A stretch of DNA of 64,000 nucleotides from Eledone cirrhosa (GCA_964016885.1 OZ024741.1:341558001-341622000); one strand, 5' to 3'; positions 23,085 to 39,132 are shown, counted from the stretch's first letter. Notes: generated from the sequence alone by a model not told the origin. Program-made: numbers and translations.

Positions 23085-25410
23085 TGCATCAGTATCACCG
23101 CATTACTACCACCATCTTTATCAGCATTCTCAACATCATCATCATCTTCATCTTCATCATTCCTGTCATCCTCAACCCCATCATTATCTTCATCTCCATC
23201 ATCATTATTATCTTCATCACTGTCATCATCATCATCATCATCATCATTATCTTCATCATCATCATCATCATCATTATCTTCATCCTCATCATCATCATCA
23301 TTGCCATCAACATCATCATCATCACTGTCATCATTATTATCTTCATCACTGTTATCATCATCCTCATCATCATTATCTTTATCAATCATCATCATCATCA
23401 TCCCCATCATCATCTTCATCCCCAGCCACCACCACCACCATCATCATCATCATCAACATCACCACCCCTATCACCATAATCATTACCATCACCACCACCA
23501 TCACTATCATCACCATCTCCACCACCACCACCATCATCATCACAACCACCATCAGCACTATCATCATCATCATGACCACCACCACTACCATCACTATCAT
23601 CATCACCACCACCACTATCACCATCATCATGATTACCACCACTACCCCTACTACCACCACCATGATTACCACCACTACCACCACTACCACCACCACCACC
23701 ATCACCATGATTACCACCACTACCACCACCACTACCACCACCACCACCACTATCACTATCACCATCATCATGATTACCACCACTACCATCACCATCATCA
23801 CGACCACCTCCACTACCACCACTATCACCATCATCATGATTACCAACACTACCATCACCATCATCATCACCACCACCACCACCACTATCACCATCATCAC
23901 GACCACCTCCACTACCACCACCACCACCATCATCATCACGACCACCATTACCACTATCACCATCATCATGATTACCACCACTACCATCACCATCATCATC
24001 ATCACCACCACCACCACCACTATCACCATCATCACGACCACCTCCACTACCACCACCACCACCATCATCATCACGACCACCATCACCACTATCACCATCA
24101 TCATAATTACGACCACTACCACTACCATCACCATCACCACCACCACTATCACCATCATCACGACCACCTCCACTACCACCACTATCACCATCATCATGAT
24201 TACCAACACTACCATCACCATCATCATCACCACCACCACCACCACTATCACCATCATCACGACCACCTCCACTACCACCACCACCACCATCATCATCACG
24301 ACCACCATTACCACTATCACCATCATCATGATTACCAACACTACCATCACCATCATCATCACCACCACCACCACCACTATCACCATCATCACGACCACCT
24401 CCACTACCACCACCACCACCATCATCATCACGACCACCATCACCACTATCACCATCATCATAATTACGACCACTACCACTACCATCACCATCACCACCAC
24501 CACTATCACCATCATCACGACCACCTCCACTACCACCACTATCACCATCATCATAATTACCACCACCACCACTACCACTACTATCACCACCACTATCACC
24601 ACCACCACTATCACCACCACCACCACCACCACTACCACTACTATCACCACCACTATCACCACCACCACTATCACCACCACCACCACCACCACTACCACTA
24701 CTATCACCACCACTATCACCACCACCACTATCACCATGACTACGACCACTACCAATGCTATTTAGAATTCATCATGTTAGACAAACCCTCAGTTAATTAC
24801 ATAATTATTAACAATGTAATTATTTAATTAGAAATTATTCATTGTACCCTCTCCACCTCCCCCAACATACTATTTACAATCCATTAATCATTACTGAAGA
24901 TGATGATGGTCATCCTCATGGTGATGATGATGGTGATGATGATGATGTTAATGATGTTTGTGATGACGGTGATGGTGATGTTTGTGATGATGGTGATGAT
25001 GATGTTTGTGATAAATATGATGATGATGTTTGTGATGATGGTGATGGTGATGGTGATGGTGATGTTTGTGGTGGTGGTGATGTTGATGTTTGTGATGATG
25101 ATGATGATGTTTGTGATGATGATGATGTTTGTGATGATGATGATGATGGTGATGATGTTTGTGATGATGGTGATGTTTGTGAAGACGATGATGATGTTTG
25201 TGATGACGATGATGATGGTGTTTGTGATGATGATGATGATGGTGATGATGTTTGTGATGATGGTGATGTTTGTGAAGACGATGATGATGTTTGTGATGAC
25301 GATGATGATGGGGTTTATAATGATGGCAGGGATGAGGATAAATATGATGGTTACATGACAATGTAAAAATAACGATGATTATGTGACCTTGATGATGGTA
25401 TTGGGATGAT

Positions 25411-25451
<41 letters not shown>

Positions 25452-25780
25452 TGAGGAGGAGGAAGAGGAGGGTGATCTTAATCCTAATGAAGGTAACGTT
25501 ATGATGCTGATACTGTGAGAATAAAGATGATGTCGTTATCTTGATGAGGGTAATGTGTAGATGATGGTGATGATGATGATGGTAGGTGTAATTGTGATGA
25601 TAGTGATGATGATGCTGGTGGTGGTGGTGGTGGTAATGGTGGTGGTGGTGGTGGTGGTAATGAGGAGTAGTAGTACTGACAATGTTAAAGATGATATTGA
25701 TGGTGATAGTGATGATGGTGATGTTGATGTTGATGATGTTGAAAGTGGTGGTGGTAGTGATGATTATGATGATAATGTTA

Positions 25781-25828
<48 letters not shown>

Positions 25829-26275
25829 GTGATGTTGGTGATGACAAAGATGAGGAGTTGTGATACTACTGACAATGGCAAAGGTGATTATGTGATGATG
25901 ATGAAGATAGTGATAATGGTGATGGTGATGGTGATTGGGGATATGATGATTATGACGATGATGATGATAGTGGTGATAGAGATGATTATAATGATGATGC
26001 TGATGACAATGATGATGATGACAATGATGCTGATGACAATGATGATGATGACAAGGATGATGATGACAATGATGATGATGACAAGGATGATGATGAAGAC
26101 AATAATGATGATGAGGATGATGTTGATGATGATGACTGATGATGATGATGACAATGATGATGTTGATAGTGGTGATAGAGATGATGATGATGATGATGAT
26201 GATCATGATGGTGATAGAGATGATGATGATGATGATGATGATGAAGATACTGAGGATGTGACAGTGATGATAAAG
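23085..26275. repeat. Compound trinucleotide low-complexity block: (CAT)n, (CAC/CAT/TAC)n with a 360-bp internal duplication, then (GAT)n/GATGTTTGT
   Basis: Direct reading. The lines starting at 23821 and 24181 are identical. Confidence 0.93.
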
Positions 26276-26369
26276 TTAATTGGCAAAAGTCATTAAAAAG
26301 TAGTAGGAATTAATGAGGTTTTGTTGTAATTAGTTAATTATGAGTTTGTTGTAGTTAACAGGGGTGTGG

Positions 26370-29300
26370 CATTGATGTGTGATTGATATGTGTGATGTAC
26401 TGATTGATTGTGTGTGATGTACTGATTGATTGTGTGTGATGTACTGATTGATTCTGTGTGATTGATGTGTGTGATGTACTGATTGATTCTGTGTGATGTA
26501 CTGATTGATTCTGTGTGATGTACTGATTGATTCTGTGTGATTGATGTGTGTGATGTACTGATTGATTCTGTGTGATGTACTGATTGATTCTGTGTGATTG
26601 ATGTGTGTGATGTACTGATTGATTCTGTGTGATGTACTGATTGATTCTGTGTGATTGATGTGTGTGATGTACTGATTGATTCTGTGTGATGTACTGATTG
26701 ATTCTGTGTGATTGATGTGTGTGATGTACTGATTGATTCTGTGTGATGTACTGATTGATTCTGTGTGATTGATGTGTGTGATGTACTGATTGATTCTGTG
26801 TGATGTACTGATTGATTCTGTGTGATGTACTGATTGATTCTGTGTGATGTACTGATTGATTCTGTGTGATGTACCGTTTGATTGTGTGTGATTGATGTGA
26901 GTGATGTACTGATTGATTCTGTGTGATTGATGTGTGTGATGTACTGATTGATTCTGTGTGATGTACTGATTGATTCTGTGTGATTGATGTGTGTGATGTA
27001 CTGATTGATTCTGTGTGATGTACTGATTGATTCTGTGTGATTGATGTGTGTGATGTACTGATTGATTCTGTGTGATGTACTGATTGATTCTGTGTGATGT
27101 ACTGATTGATTCTGTGTGATGTACTGATTGATTCTGTGTGATTGATGTGTGTGATGTACTGATTGATTCTGTGTGATTGATGTGTGTGATGTACTGATTG
27201 ATTCTGTGTGATGTACTGATTGATTCTGTGTGATTGATGTGTGTGATGTACTGATTGATTCTGTGTGATTGATGTGTGTGATGTACTGATTGATTCTGTG
27301 TGATTGATGTGTGTGATGTACTGATTGATTCTGTGTGATTGATGTGTGTGATGTACTGATTGATTCTGTGTGATTGATGTGTGTGATGTACTGATTGATT
27401 CTGTGTGATGTACTGATTGATTCTGTGTGATTGATGTGTGTGTTGTACTGATTGATTCTGTGTGATTAATGTGTGTGATGTACTGATTGATTCTGTGTGA
27501 TGTACTGATTGATTCTGTGTGATTGATGTGTGTGATGTACTGATTGATTCTGTGTGATTGATGTGTGTGATGTACTGATTGATTCTGTGTGATTGATGTG
27601 TGTGATGTACTGATTGATTCTGTGTGATGTACTGATTGATTCTGTGTGATTGATGTGTGTGATGTACTGATTGATTCTGTGTGATGTACTGATTGATTCT
27701 GTGTGATTGATGTGTGTGATGTACTGATTGATTCTGTGTGATGTACTGATTGATTCTGTGTGATGTACTGATTGATTCTGTGTGATGTACTGATTGATTC
27801 TGTGTGATGTACCGTTTGATTGTGTGTGATTGATGTGAGTGATGTACTGATTGATTCTGTGTGATTGATGTGTGTGATGTACTGATTGATTCTGTGTGAT
27901 GTACTGTTTGATTGTGTGTGATTGATGTGTGTGTTGTACTGATTGATTCTGTGTGATTAATGTGTGTGATGTACTGATTGATTCGGTGTGATTGATGTGA
28001 TTGATGTACTGATTGATTCTGTGTGATTGATGTGAGTGATGTACTGATTGATTCTGTGTGATTGATGTGAGTGATTGATGTGTGTGATGTACTGATTGAT
28101 TCTGTGTGATTGATGTGAGTGATGTACTGATTGATTCTGTGTGATTGATGTGTGTGATTGATGTGTGTGATGTACTGATTGATTCGGTGTGATTGATGTG
28201 ATTGATGTACTGCTTGATTCTGTGTGATTGATGTGAGTGATGTACTGATTGAATCTGTGTGATTGATGTGTGTGATGTACTGATTGATTCGGTGTGATTG
28301 ATGTGAGTGATGTACTGATTGATTCTGTGTGATTGATGTGTGTGATTGATGTGTGTGATGTACTGATTGATTCTGTGTGATTGATGTGAGTGATGTACTG
28401 ATTGATTCTGTGTGTTTGATGTGAGTGATGTACTGATTGATTCTGTGTGATTGATGTGTGTGCTGTACTGATTGATTCTGTGTGATGTACTGTTTGATTG
28501 TGTGTGATTGATGTGTGTGTTGTACTGATTGATTCTGAGTGATTGATGTGTGTGATGTACTGATTGATTCTGTGTGATTGATGTGATTGATGTACTGATT
28601 GATTCTGCGTGATTGATGTGAGTGATGTACTGATTGATTCTGTGTGATTGATGTGTGTGATGTACTGATTGATTCTGTGTGATGTACTGTTTGATTGTGT
28701 GTGATTGATGTGAGTGATGTACTGATTGATTCTGTGTGATTGATGTGTGTGATGTACTGATTGATTCTGTGTGATTGATGTGATTGATGTACTGATTGAT
28801 TCTGTGTGATTGATGTGAGTGATGTACTGATTGATTCTGTGTGATTGATGTGTGTGATGTACTGATTGATTCTGTGTGATTGATGTGAGTGATGTACTGA
28901 TTGATTCTGTGTGATTGATGTGTGTGATGTACTGATTGATTCTGTGTGATTGATGTGAGTGATGTACTGATTAATTCTGAGTGATTGATGTGAGTGATGT
29001 ACTCATTGATTCTGTGTGATTGATGTGTGTGCTGTACTGATTGATTCTGTGTGATGTACTGTTTGATTGTGTGTGATTGATGTGTGTGTTGTACTGATTG
29101 ATTCTCTGTGATGTACTGTTTGATTGTGTGTGATTGATGTGAGTGATGTACTGATTGATTCTGTGTGATTGATGTGTGCGATGTACTGATTGATTCTGTG
29201 TGATTTATGTGTGTGATGTACTGATTGATTCGGTGTGATTGATGTGATTGATGTACTGATTGATTCTGTGTGATTGATGTGAGTGATGTACTGATTGATT

Positions 29301-32300
29301 CTGTGTGATTGATGTGTGTGATGTACTGATTGATTCGGTGTGATTGATGTGAGTGATGTACTGATTGATTCTGTGTGATTGATGTGAGTGATGTACTGAT
29401 TGATTCTGTGTGATTGATGTGTGTGATGTACTGATTGATTCGGTGTGATTGATGTGAGTGATGTACTGATTGATTCTGTGTGAGTGATGTGAGTGATGTA
29501 CTGATTGATTCTGTGTGATTGATGTGTGTGATGTACTGATTGATTGTGTGTGATTGATGTGAGTGATGTACTGATTGATTGTCTGTGATGTACTGTTTGA
29601 TTGTGTGTGATTGATGTGAGTGATGTACTGATTGATTCTGTGTGATTGATGTGTGTGATGTACTGATTGATTGTGTGTGATGTACTGTTTGATTGTGTGT
29701 GATTCATGTGTGTGATGTACTGTTTGATTGTGTGTGATTGATGTGAGTGATATACTGATTGATTGTGTGTGATTGATGTGTGTGATGTACTGATTGATTC
29801 TGTGTGATTGATGTGTGTGATGTACTGATTGATTGTGTGTGATTGATGTGAGTGATGTACTGCTTGATTCTGTGTGATTGATGTGTGTGATGTACTGATT
29901 GATTCTGTGTGATTGATGTGTGTGATGTACTGATTGATTCTGTGTGATTGATGTGAGTGATGTACTGATTGATTCTGTGTGATTGATGTGAGTGATGTAC
30001 TGATTGATTGTGTGTGATGTACTGATTGATTCTGTGTGATTGATGTGAGTGATGTACTGATTGATTCTGTGTGATTGATGTGTGTGATGTACTGATTGAT
30101 TCTGTGTGATGTACTGATTGATTGTGTGTGATCGATGCGAGTGATGTACTGATTGATTCTGTGTGATTGATGTGTGTGATGTACTGTTTGATTGTGTGTG
30201 ATTAATGTGTGTGATGTACTGATTGATTCTGTGTGATGTACTGATTGATTGTGTGTGATCGATGTGAGTGATGCACTGATTGATTCTGTGTGATTGATGT
30301 GTGTGATGTACTGTTTGATTGTGTGTGATTGATGTGAGTGATTGATGTGTGTGATGTACTGATTGATTCTGTGTGATTGATGTGAGTGATGTACTGATTG
30401 ATTGTGTGTGATTGATGTGTGTGATGTACTGATTGATTCTGTGTGATTGATGTGAGTGATGTACTGATTGATTGTGTGTGATTGATGTGTGTGATGTACT
30501 GATTGATTCTGTGTGATTGATGTGTGTGATGTACTGATTGATGTGTGTGATGTACTGATTGATTCTGTGTGATTAATGTGAGTGATGTACTGATTGATTG
30601 TGTGTGATTGATGTGTGTGATGTACTGATTGATTCTGTGTGATTGATGTGAGTGATGTACTGATTGATTGTGTGTGATTGATGTGTGTGATGTACTGATT
30701 GATTGTGTGTGATTGATGTGTGTGATGTACTGATTGATTCTGTGTGATTGATGTGAGTGATGTACTGATTGATTGTGTGTGATTGATGTGTGTGATGTAC
30801 TGATTGATTCTGTGTGATTGATGTGAGTGATGTACTGATTGATTGTGTGTGATTGATGTGTGTGATGTACTGATTGATTGTGTGTGATTGATGTGTGTGA
30901 TGTACTGATTGATTCTGTGTGATTGATGTGTGTGATGTACTGATTGATTCTGTGTGATTGATGTGAGTGATGTACTGATTGATTGTGTGTGATTGATGTG
31001 TGTGATTTACTGATTGATTGTGTGTGATTGATGTGTGTGATGTACTGATTGATTGTGTGTGATTGATGTGAGTGATGTACTGATTGATTGTGTGTGATTG
31101 ATGTGTGTGATGTACTGATTGATTGTGTGTGATTGATGTGAGTGATGTACTGATTGATTGTGTGTGATTGATGTGTGTGATGTACTGATTGATTCTGTGT
31201 GATTGATGTGAGTGATGTACTGATTGATTGTGTGTGATTGATGTGTGTGATGTACTGATTGATTGTGTGTGATTGATGTGTGTGATGTACTGATTGATTC
31301 TGTGTGATTGATGTGTGTGATGTACTGATTGATTCGGTGTGATTGATGTGAGTGATGTACTGATTGATTGTGTGTGATGTACTGTTTGATTGTGTGTGAT
31401 GTACTGTTTGATTGTGTGTGATTGATGTGAGTGATGTACTGTTTGATTGTGTGTGATGTACTGTTTGATTGTGTGTGATTGATGTGAGTGATGTACTGTT
31501 TGATTCTGTGTGATGTACTGATTGATTCTGTGTGATTGATGTGTGTGATGTACTGATTGATTTGTGTGATGTACTGTTTGATTGTGTGTGATTGATGTGT
31601 GTGATGTACTGTTTGATTGTGTGTGATTGATGTGTGTGATGTACTGTTTGATTGTGTGTGATGTACTGATTGATTGTGTGTGATGTACTGATTGATTGTG
31701 TGTGATTGATGTGAGTGATGTACTGATTGATTGTGTGTGATGTACTGTTTGATTGTGTGTGTTGTACTGATTGGTGTGTGTGATGTACTGATTGATTGTG
31801 TGTGATTGATGTGTGTGATGTACTGATTGATTGTGTGTGATGTACTGTTTGATTGTGTGTGATTGATGTGAGTGATGTACTGATTGATTGTGTGTGATTG
31901 ATGTGAGTGATGTACTGTTTGATTGTGTGTGATTGATGTGAGTGATGTACTGATTGATTGTGTGTGATTGATGTGAGTGATGTACTGATTGATTGTGTGT
32001 GATTGATGTGTGTGATGTACTGATTGATTGTGTGTGATTGATGTGTGTGATGTATTGATTGATTGTGTGTGATTGATATGTGTGATGTACTAATTGATTG
32101 TGTGTGATTGATGTGTGTGATGTACTGATTGATTCTGTGTGATTGATGTGTGTGATATACGGATTGATTGTGTGTGATGCACTGTTTGATTGTGTGTGAT
32201 TGATGTGAGTGATGTACTGATTGATTGTGTGTGATTGATGTGAGTGATGTACTGTTTGATTGTGTGTGATTGATGTGAGTGATGTACTGTTTGATTGTGT

Positions 32301-35300
32301 GTGATTGATGTGAGTGATGTACTGTTTGATTGTGTGTGATTGATGTGTGTGATGTACTGATTGATTGTGTGTGATTGATGTGAGTGATGTACTGATTGAT
32401 TGTGTGTGATTGATGTGAGTGATGTACTGATTGATTCTGTGTGATTGATGTGTGTGATGTACTGATTGATTGTGTGTGATTGATGTGAGTGATGTACTGA
32501 TTGATTGTGTGTGATTGATGTGAGTGATGTACTGATTGATTCTGTGTGATTGATGTGTGTGATGTACTGATTGATTGTGTGTGATTGATGTGAGTGATGT
32601 ACTGATTGATTCTGTGTGATTGATGTGTGTGATGTACTGATTGATTGTGTGTGATTGATGTGAGTGATGTACTGATTGATTGTGTGTGATTGATGTGAGT
32701 GATGTACTGATTGATTCTGTGTGATTGATGTGTGTGATGTACTGATTGATTGTGTGTGATTGATGTGAGTGATGTACTGATTGATTCTGTGTGATTGATG
32801 TGTGTGATGTACTGATTGATTGTGTGTGATTGATGTGAGTGATGTACTGATTGATTGTGTGTGATTGATGTGAGTGATGTACTGATTGATTCTGTGTGAT
32901 TGATGTGTGTGATGTACTGATTGATTGTGTGTGATTGATGTGAGTGATGTACTGATTGATTGTGTGTGATTGATGTGTGTGATGTACTGATTGATCGTGT
33001 GATTGATGTGAGTGATGTACTGATTGATTGTGTGTGGTTGATGTGTGTGATGTACTGATTGATTGTGTGTGATGTACTGTTTGATTGTGTGTGATTGATG
33101 TGAGTGATGTACTGATTGATTATGTGTGATTGATGTGTGTGATGTACTGATTGATTCTGTCTGATTGACGTGTGTGATGTACTGTTTGATTGTGTGTGAT
33201 TGATGTGAGTGATGTACTGATTGATTGTGTGTGATTGATGTGTGTGATGTACTGATTGATTGTGTGCGATTGATGTGTGTGATGTACTGATTGATTGTGT
33301 GTGATGTACTGTTTGATTGTGTGTGATTGATGTGAGTGATGTACTGATTGATTATGTGTGATTGATGTGTGTGATGTACTGATTGATTCTGTCTGATTGA
33401 TGTGTGTGATGTACTGTTTGATTGTGTGTGATTGATGTGAGTGATGTACTGATTGATTGTGTGTGATTGATGTGTGTGATGTACTGATTGATTGTGTGTG
33501 ATGTACTGTTTTATTGTGTGTGATTGATGTGAGTGATGTACTGATTGATTGTGTGTGATTGATGTGTGTGATGTACTGATTGATTCTGTGTGATGTCCTG
33601 ATTGATTGTGTGTGATGTACTGTTTGATTGTGTGTGATTGATGTGAGTGATGTACTGATTGATTCTGTGTGATTGATGTGTGTGATGTACTGATTGATTG
33701 TGTGTGATTGATGTGTGTGATGTACTGATTGATTCTGTGTGATTGATGTGTGTGATGTACTGATTGATTCTGTGTGATTGATGTGAGTGATGTACTGATT
33801 GATTGTGTGTGATTGATGTGTGTGATTTACTGATTGATTGTGTGTGATTGATGTGTGTGATGTACTGATTGATTCTGTGTGATTGATGTGAGTGATGTAC
33901 TGATTGATTGTGTGTGATTGATGTGTGTGATGTACTGATTGATTGTGTGTGATTGATGTGAGTGATGTACTGATTGATTGTGTGTGATTGATGTGTGTGA
34001 TGTACTGATTGATTCTGTGTGATTGATGTGAGTGATGTACTGATTGATTGTGTGTGATTGATGTGTGTGATGTACTGATTGATTGTGTGTGATTGATGTG
34101 TGTGATGTACTGATTGATTCTGTGTGATTGATGTGTGTGATGTACTGATTGATTCGGTGTGATTGATGTGAGTGATGTACTGATTGATTGTGTGTGATGT
34201 ACTGTTTGATTGTGTGTGATGTACTGTTTGATTGTGTGTGATTGATGTGAGTGATGTACTGTTTGATTGTGTGTGATGTACTGTTTGATTGTGTGTGATT
34301 GATGTGAGTGATGTACTGTTTGATTCTGTGTGATGTACTGATTGATTCTGTGTGATTGATGTGTGTGATGTACTGATTGATTTGTGTGATTGATGTGTGT
34401 GATGTACTGATTGATTGTGTGTGATGTACTGTTTGATTGTGTGTGATTGATGTGCGTGATGTACTGTTTGATTGTGTGTGATGTACTGATTGATTGTGTG
34501 TGATGTACTGATTGATTGTGTGTGATTGATGTGAGTGATGTACTGATTGATTGTGTGTGATGTACTGTTTGATTGTGTGTGTTGTACTGATTGGTGTGTG
34601 TGATGTACTGATTGATTGTGTGTGATTGATGTGAGTGATGTACTGATTGATTGTGTGTGATTGATATGTGTGATGTACTGATTGATTGTGTGTGATTGAT
34701 GTGAGTGATGTACTGATTGATTGTGTGTGATTGATGTGTGTGATGTACTGATTGATTGTGTGTGATGTACTGATTGATTGTGTGTGATGTACTGTTTGAT
34801 TGTGTGTGATTGATGTGAGTGATGTACTGATTGATTGTGTGTGATTGATGTGAGTGATGTACTGTTTGATTGTGTGTGATTGATGTGAGTGATGTACTGA
34901 TTGATTGTGTGTGATTGATATGTGTGATGTACTGATTGATTGTGTGTGATTGATGTGAGTGATGTACTGATTGATTGTGTGTGATTGATGTGTGTGATGT
35001 ACTGATTGATTGTGTGTGATTGATGTGTGTGATGTATTGATTGATTGTGTGTGATTGATATGTGTGATGTACTAATTGATTGTGTGTGATTGATGTGTGT
35101 GATGTACTGATTGATTCTGTGTGATTGATGTGTGTGATATACGGATTGATTGTGTGTGATGTACTGTTTGATTGTGTGTGATTGATGTGAGTGATGTACT
35201 GATTGATTGATGTGAGTGATGTACTGTTTGATTGTGTGTGATTGATGTGAGTGACGTACTGTTTGATTGTGTGTGATTGATGTGAGTGATGTACTGTTTG

Positions 35301-38300
35301 ATTGTGTGTGATTGATGTGTGTGATGTACTGATTGATTGTGTGTGATTGATGTGAGTGATGTACTGATTGATTCTGTGTGATTGATGTGTGTGATGTACT
35401 GATTGATTCTGTGTGATTGATGTGAGTGATGTACTGATTGATTCTGTGTGATTGATATGTGTGATGTACTGATTGATTGTGTGTGATTGATGTGAGTGAT
35501 GTACTGATTGATTGTGTGTGATTGATGTGAGTGATCTACTGATTGATTCTGTGTGATTGATGTGTGTGATGTACTGATTGATTGTGTGTGATTGATGTGA
35601 GTGATGTACTGATTGATTCTGTGTGATTGATGTGTGTGATGTACTGATTGATTGTGTGTGATTGATGTGAGTGATGTACTGATTGATTGTGTGTGATTGA
35701 TGTGAGTGATGTACTGATTGATTCTGTGTGATTGATGTGTGTGATGTACTGATTGATTGTGTGTGATTGATGTGAGTGATGTACTGATTGATTGTGTGTG
35801 ATGTACTGATTGATCGTGTGATTGATGTGAGTGATGTACTGATTGATTGTGTGTGGTTGATGTGTGTGATGTACTGATTGATTGTGTGTGATGTACTGTT
35901 TGATTGTGTGTGATTGATGTGAGTGATGTACTGATTGATTGTGTGTGATTGATGTGTGTGATGTACTGATTGATTCTGTCTGATTGATGTGTGTGATGTA
36001 CTGTTTGATTGTGTGTGATTGATGTGAGTGATGTACTGATTGATTGTGTGTGATTGATGTGTGTGATGTACTGATTGATTGTGTGCGATTGATGTGTGTG
36101 ATGTACTGATTGATTGTGTGTGATGTACTGTTTGATTGTGTGTGATTGATGTGAGTGATGTACTGATTGATTATGTGTGATTGATGTGTGTGATGTACTG
36201 ATTGATTCTGTCTGATTGATGTGTGTGATGTACTGTTTGATTGTGTGTGATTGATGTGAGTGATGTACTGATTGATTGTGTGTGATTGATGTGTGTGATG
36301 TACTGATTGATTGTGTGTGATGTACTGTTTTATTGTGTGTGATTGATGTGAGTGATGTACTGATTGATTGTGTGTGATTGATGTGTGTGATGTACTGATT
36401 GATTCTGTGTGATGTACTGATTGATTCTGTGTGATGTACTGTTTGATTGTGTGTGATTGATGTGAGTGATGTACTGATTGATTCTGTGTGATTGATGTGT
36501 GTGATGTACTGATTGATTGTGTGTGATGTATTGTTTGATTGTGTGTGATTGATGTGAGTGATGTACTGATTGATTGTGTGTGATTGATGTGTGTGATGTA
36601 CTGATTGATTCTGTGTGATGTACTGATTGATTGTGTGTGATGTACTGTTTGATTGTGTGTGATTGATGTGAGTGATGTACTGTTTTATTGTGTGTGATTG
36701 ATGTGAGTGATGTACTGATTGATTCTGTGTGATTGATGTGTGTGCTGTACTTATTGATTCTGTGTGATTGATGTGAGTGATGTACTGATTGATTGTGTGT
36801 GATTGATATGAGTGATGTACTGATTGATTCTGTGTGATTGATGTGTGTGATGTACTGATTGATTGTGTGTGATTGATATGAGTGATGTACTGATTGATTG
36901 TGTGTGATTGATGTGTGTGATGTACTGATTATTTGTGTGTGATGTACTGTTTGATTGTGTGGGATTGATGTGAGTGATGTACTGATTGATTCTGTGTGAT
37001 TGATGTGAGTGATGTACTGTTTGATTGTGTGTGATTGATGTGAGTGATGTACTGATTGATTGTGTGTGATTGATGTGAGTGATGTACTGATTGATTCTGT
37101 GTGATTGATGTGTGTGATGTACTGATTGATTCTTGTGATTGATGTGTGTGATGTACTGATTGATTGTGTGTGATGTACTGTTTGATTGTGTGTGATTGAT
37201 GTGAGTGATGTACTGATTGATTGTGTGTGATTGATATGTGTGATGTACTGATTGATTCTGTGTGATTGATGTGTGTGATGTACTGATTGATTGTGTGTGA
37301 TGTACTGTTTGATTGTGTGTGATTGATGTGAGTGATGTACTGATTGATTGTGTGTGATGTACTGTTTTATTGTGTGTGATTGATGTGAGTGATGTACTGA
37401 TTGATTCTGTGTGATTGATGTGAGTGATGTACTGATTGATTTGTGTGATTGATGTGTGTGATGTACTGATTGATTGTGTGTGATTGATGTGAGTGATGTA
37501 CTGATTGATTCTGTGTGATTGATGTGTGTGATGTACTGATTGATTCTGTGTGATTGATGTGTGTGATGTACTGATTGATTGTGTGTGATGTACTGTTTGA
37601 TTGTGTGTGATTGATGTGAGTGATGTACTGATTGATTGTGTGTGATGTACTGTTTTATTGTGTGTGATTGATGTGAGTGATGTACTGATTGATTCTGTGT
37701 GATTGATGTGAGTGATGTACTGTTTGATTGTGTGTGATTGATGTGAGTGATGTACTGATTGATTCTGTGTGATTGATGTGAGTGATGTACTGTTTGATTG
37801 TGTGTGATTGATGTGAGTGATGTACTGATTGATTGTGTGTGATTGATGTGTGTGATGTACTGATTGATTGTGATATTGATGTGTGTGATGTACTGATTGA
37901 TTGTGTGTGATGTACTGTTTGATTGTGTGTGATTGATGTGAGTGATGTACTGATTGATTGTGTGTGATTGATGTGTGTGTTGTACTGATTGATTGTGTGT
38001 GATGTACTGTTTGATTTTGTGTGATTGATGTGAGTGATGTACTGATTGATTCTGTGTGATTGATGTGTGTGATGTACTGATTGATTGTGTGTGATGTACT
38101 GTTTGATTGTGTGTGATTGATGTGAGTGATGTACTGATTGATTGTGATATTGATGTGTGTGATGTACTGATTGATTGTGTGTGATGTACTGTTTGATTGT
38201 GTGTGATTGATGTGAGTGATGTACTGATTGATTGTGTGTGATTGATGTGTGTGATGTACTGATTGATTGTGTGTGATTGATGTGTGTGATGTACTGATTG

Positions 38301-38680
38301 ATTCTGTGTGACTCATGTGTGTGATGTACTGATTGATTGTGTGTGATTACTGTTTGATTGTGTGTGATTGATGTGAGTGATGTACTGATTGATTGTGTGT
38401 GATTGATGTGTGTGATGTACTGATTGATTCTGTGTGATTGATGTGTGTGATGTACTGATTGATTGTGTGTTATGTACTGTTTGATTGTGTGTGATTGATG
38501 TGAGTGATGTACTGATTGATTGTGTGTAATTGATGTGTGTGATGTACTGATTGATTGTCTGTGATGTACTGTTTGATTGTGTGTGATTGATGCGAGTGAT
38601 GTACTGATTGATTCTGTGTGATTGATGTGTGTGATGTACTGATTGATTCTGTGTGATTGATGTGTGTGATGTACTGATAG
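26370..38680. repeat. ~12.3-kb satellite of interspersed 22-bp (GATTGATT[C/G]TGTGT-GATGTACT) and 35-bp (22 + GATTGATGTG[T/A]GT) units
   Basis: GATGTACT recurs at 22- or 35-bp spacing throughout. Confidence 0.97.
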
Positions 38681-39132
38681 TTGTGCAGTGATGGATTTCA
38701 TGTGATTGATGTGAAATTGATGATATTAATTTGAAATCGAAATTTGATTGATATATCTGATGCAGTTTTGATTTGATGTAATTGATAAAATTGATGTGTG
38801 ATAGATGAAATTGATAGAAGATTAATGTGGTTGATGTGAAAATTGATGATTTTGATAGAAGATTGATGTAACTGATGTGGTTTTGATTTCATATAATTAA
38901 TGTGATTGCTATAAGGTTGATATGAAATTGATGTGTAATTGATGTCTTGTTGGTTTGGGATCGATGTGAAATTGAGATGATGTATGATTGATATGGAATT
39001 GATATTGATGTATGGTTGATGTGAGGTTGACATGACTGGTGTGCATAATGTGACATTGGTTTCATTGATCTTATTGATGTAGTAACTGCAATTGATATGA
39101 TTAATGTGAGATCAATGTACTTGGTATGAAAA

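Noticed and set aside
23301-24827. 508-aa His-rich ORF (possible metal-binding or beak-type protein)
   Set aside because: It is pure CAC/CAT/TAC repeat open in several frames, with no signal peptide or Gly-His motifs, inside a wider microsatellite block.
24842-25366. Asp/Cys-rich ORF resembling a biomineralisation protein
   Set aside because: It derives from (GAT)n with GATGTTTGT variants. Other frames are equally open and there is no supporting gene structure.
29003-38701. His/Thr/Gln-rich minus-strand ORFs
   Set aside because: The minus strand of the 22/35-bp satellite lacks stops by composition, and the units are not multiples of 3.
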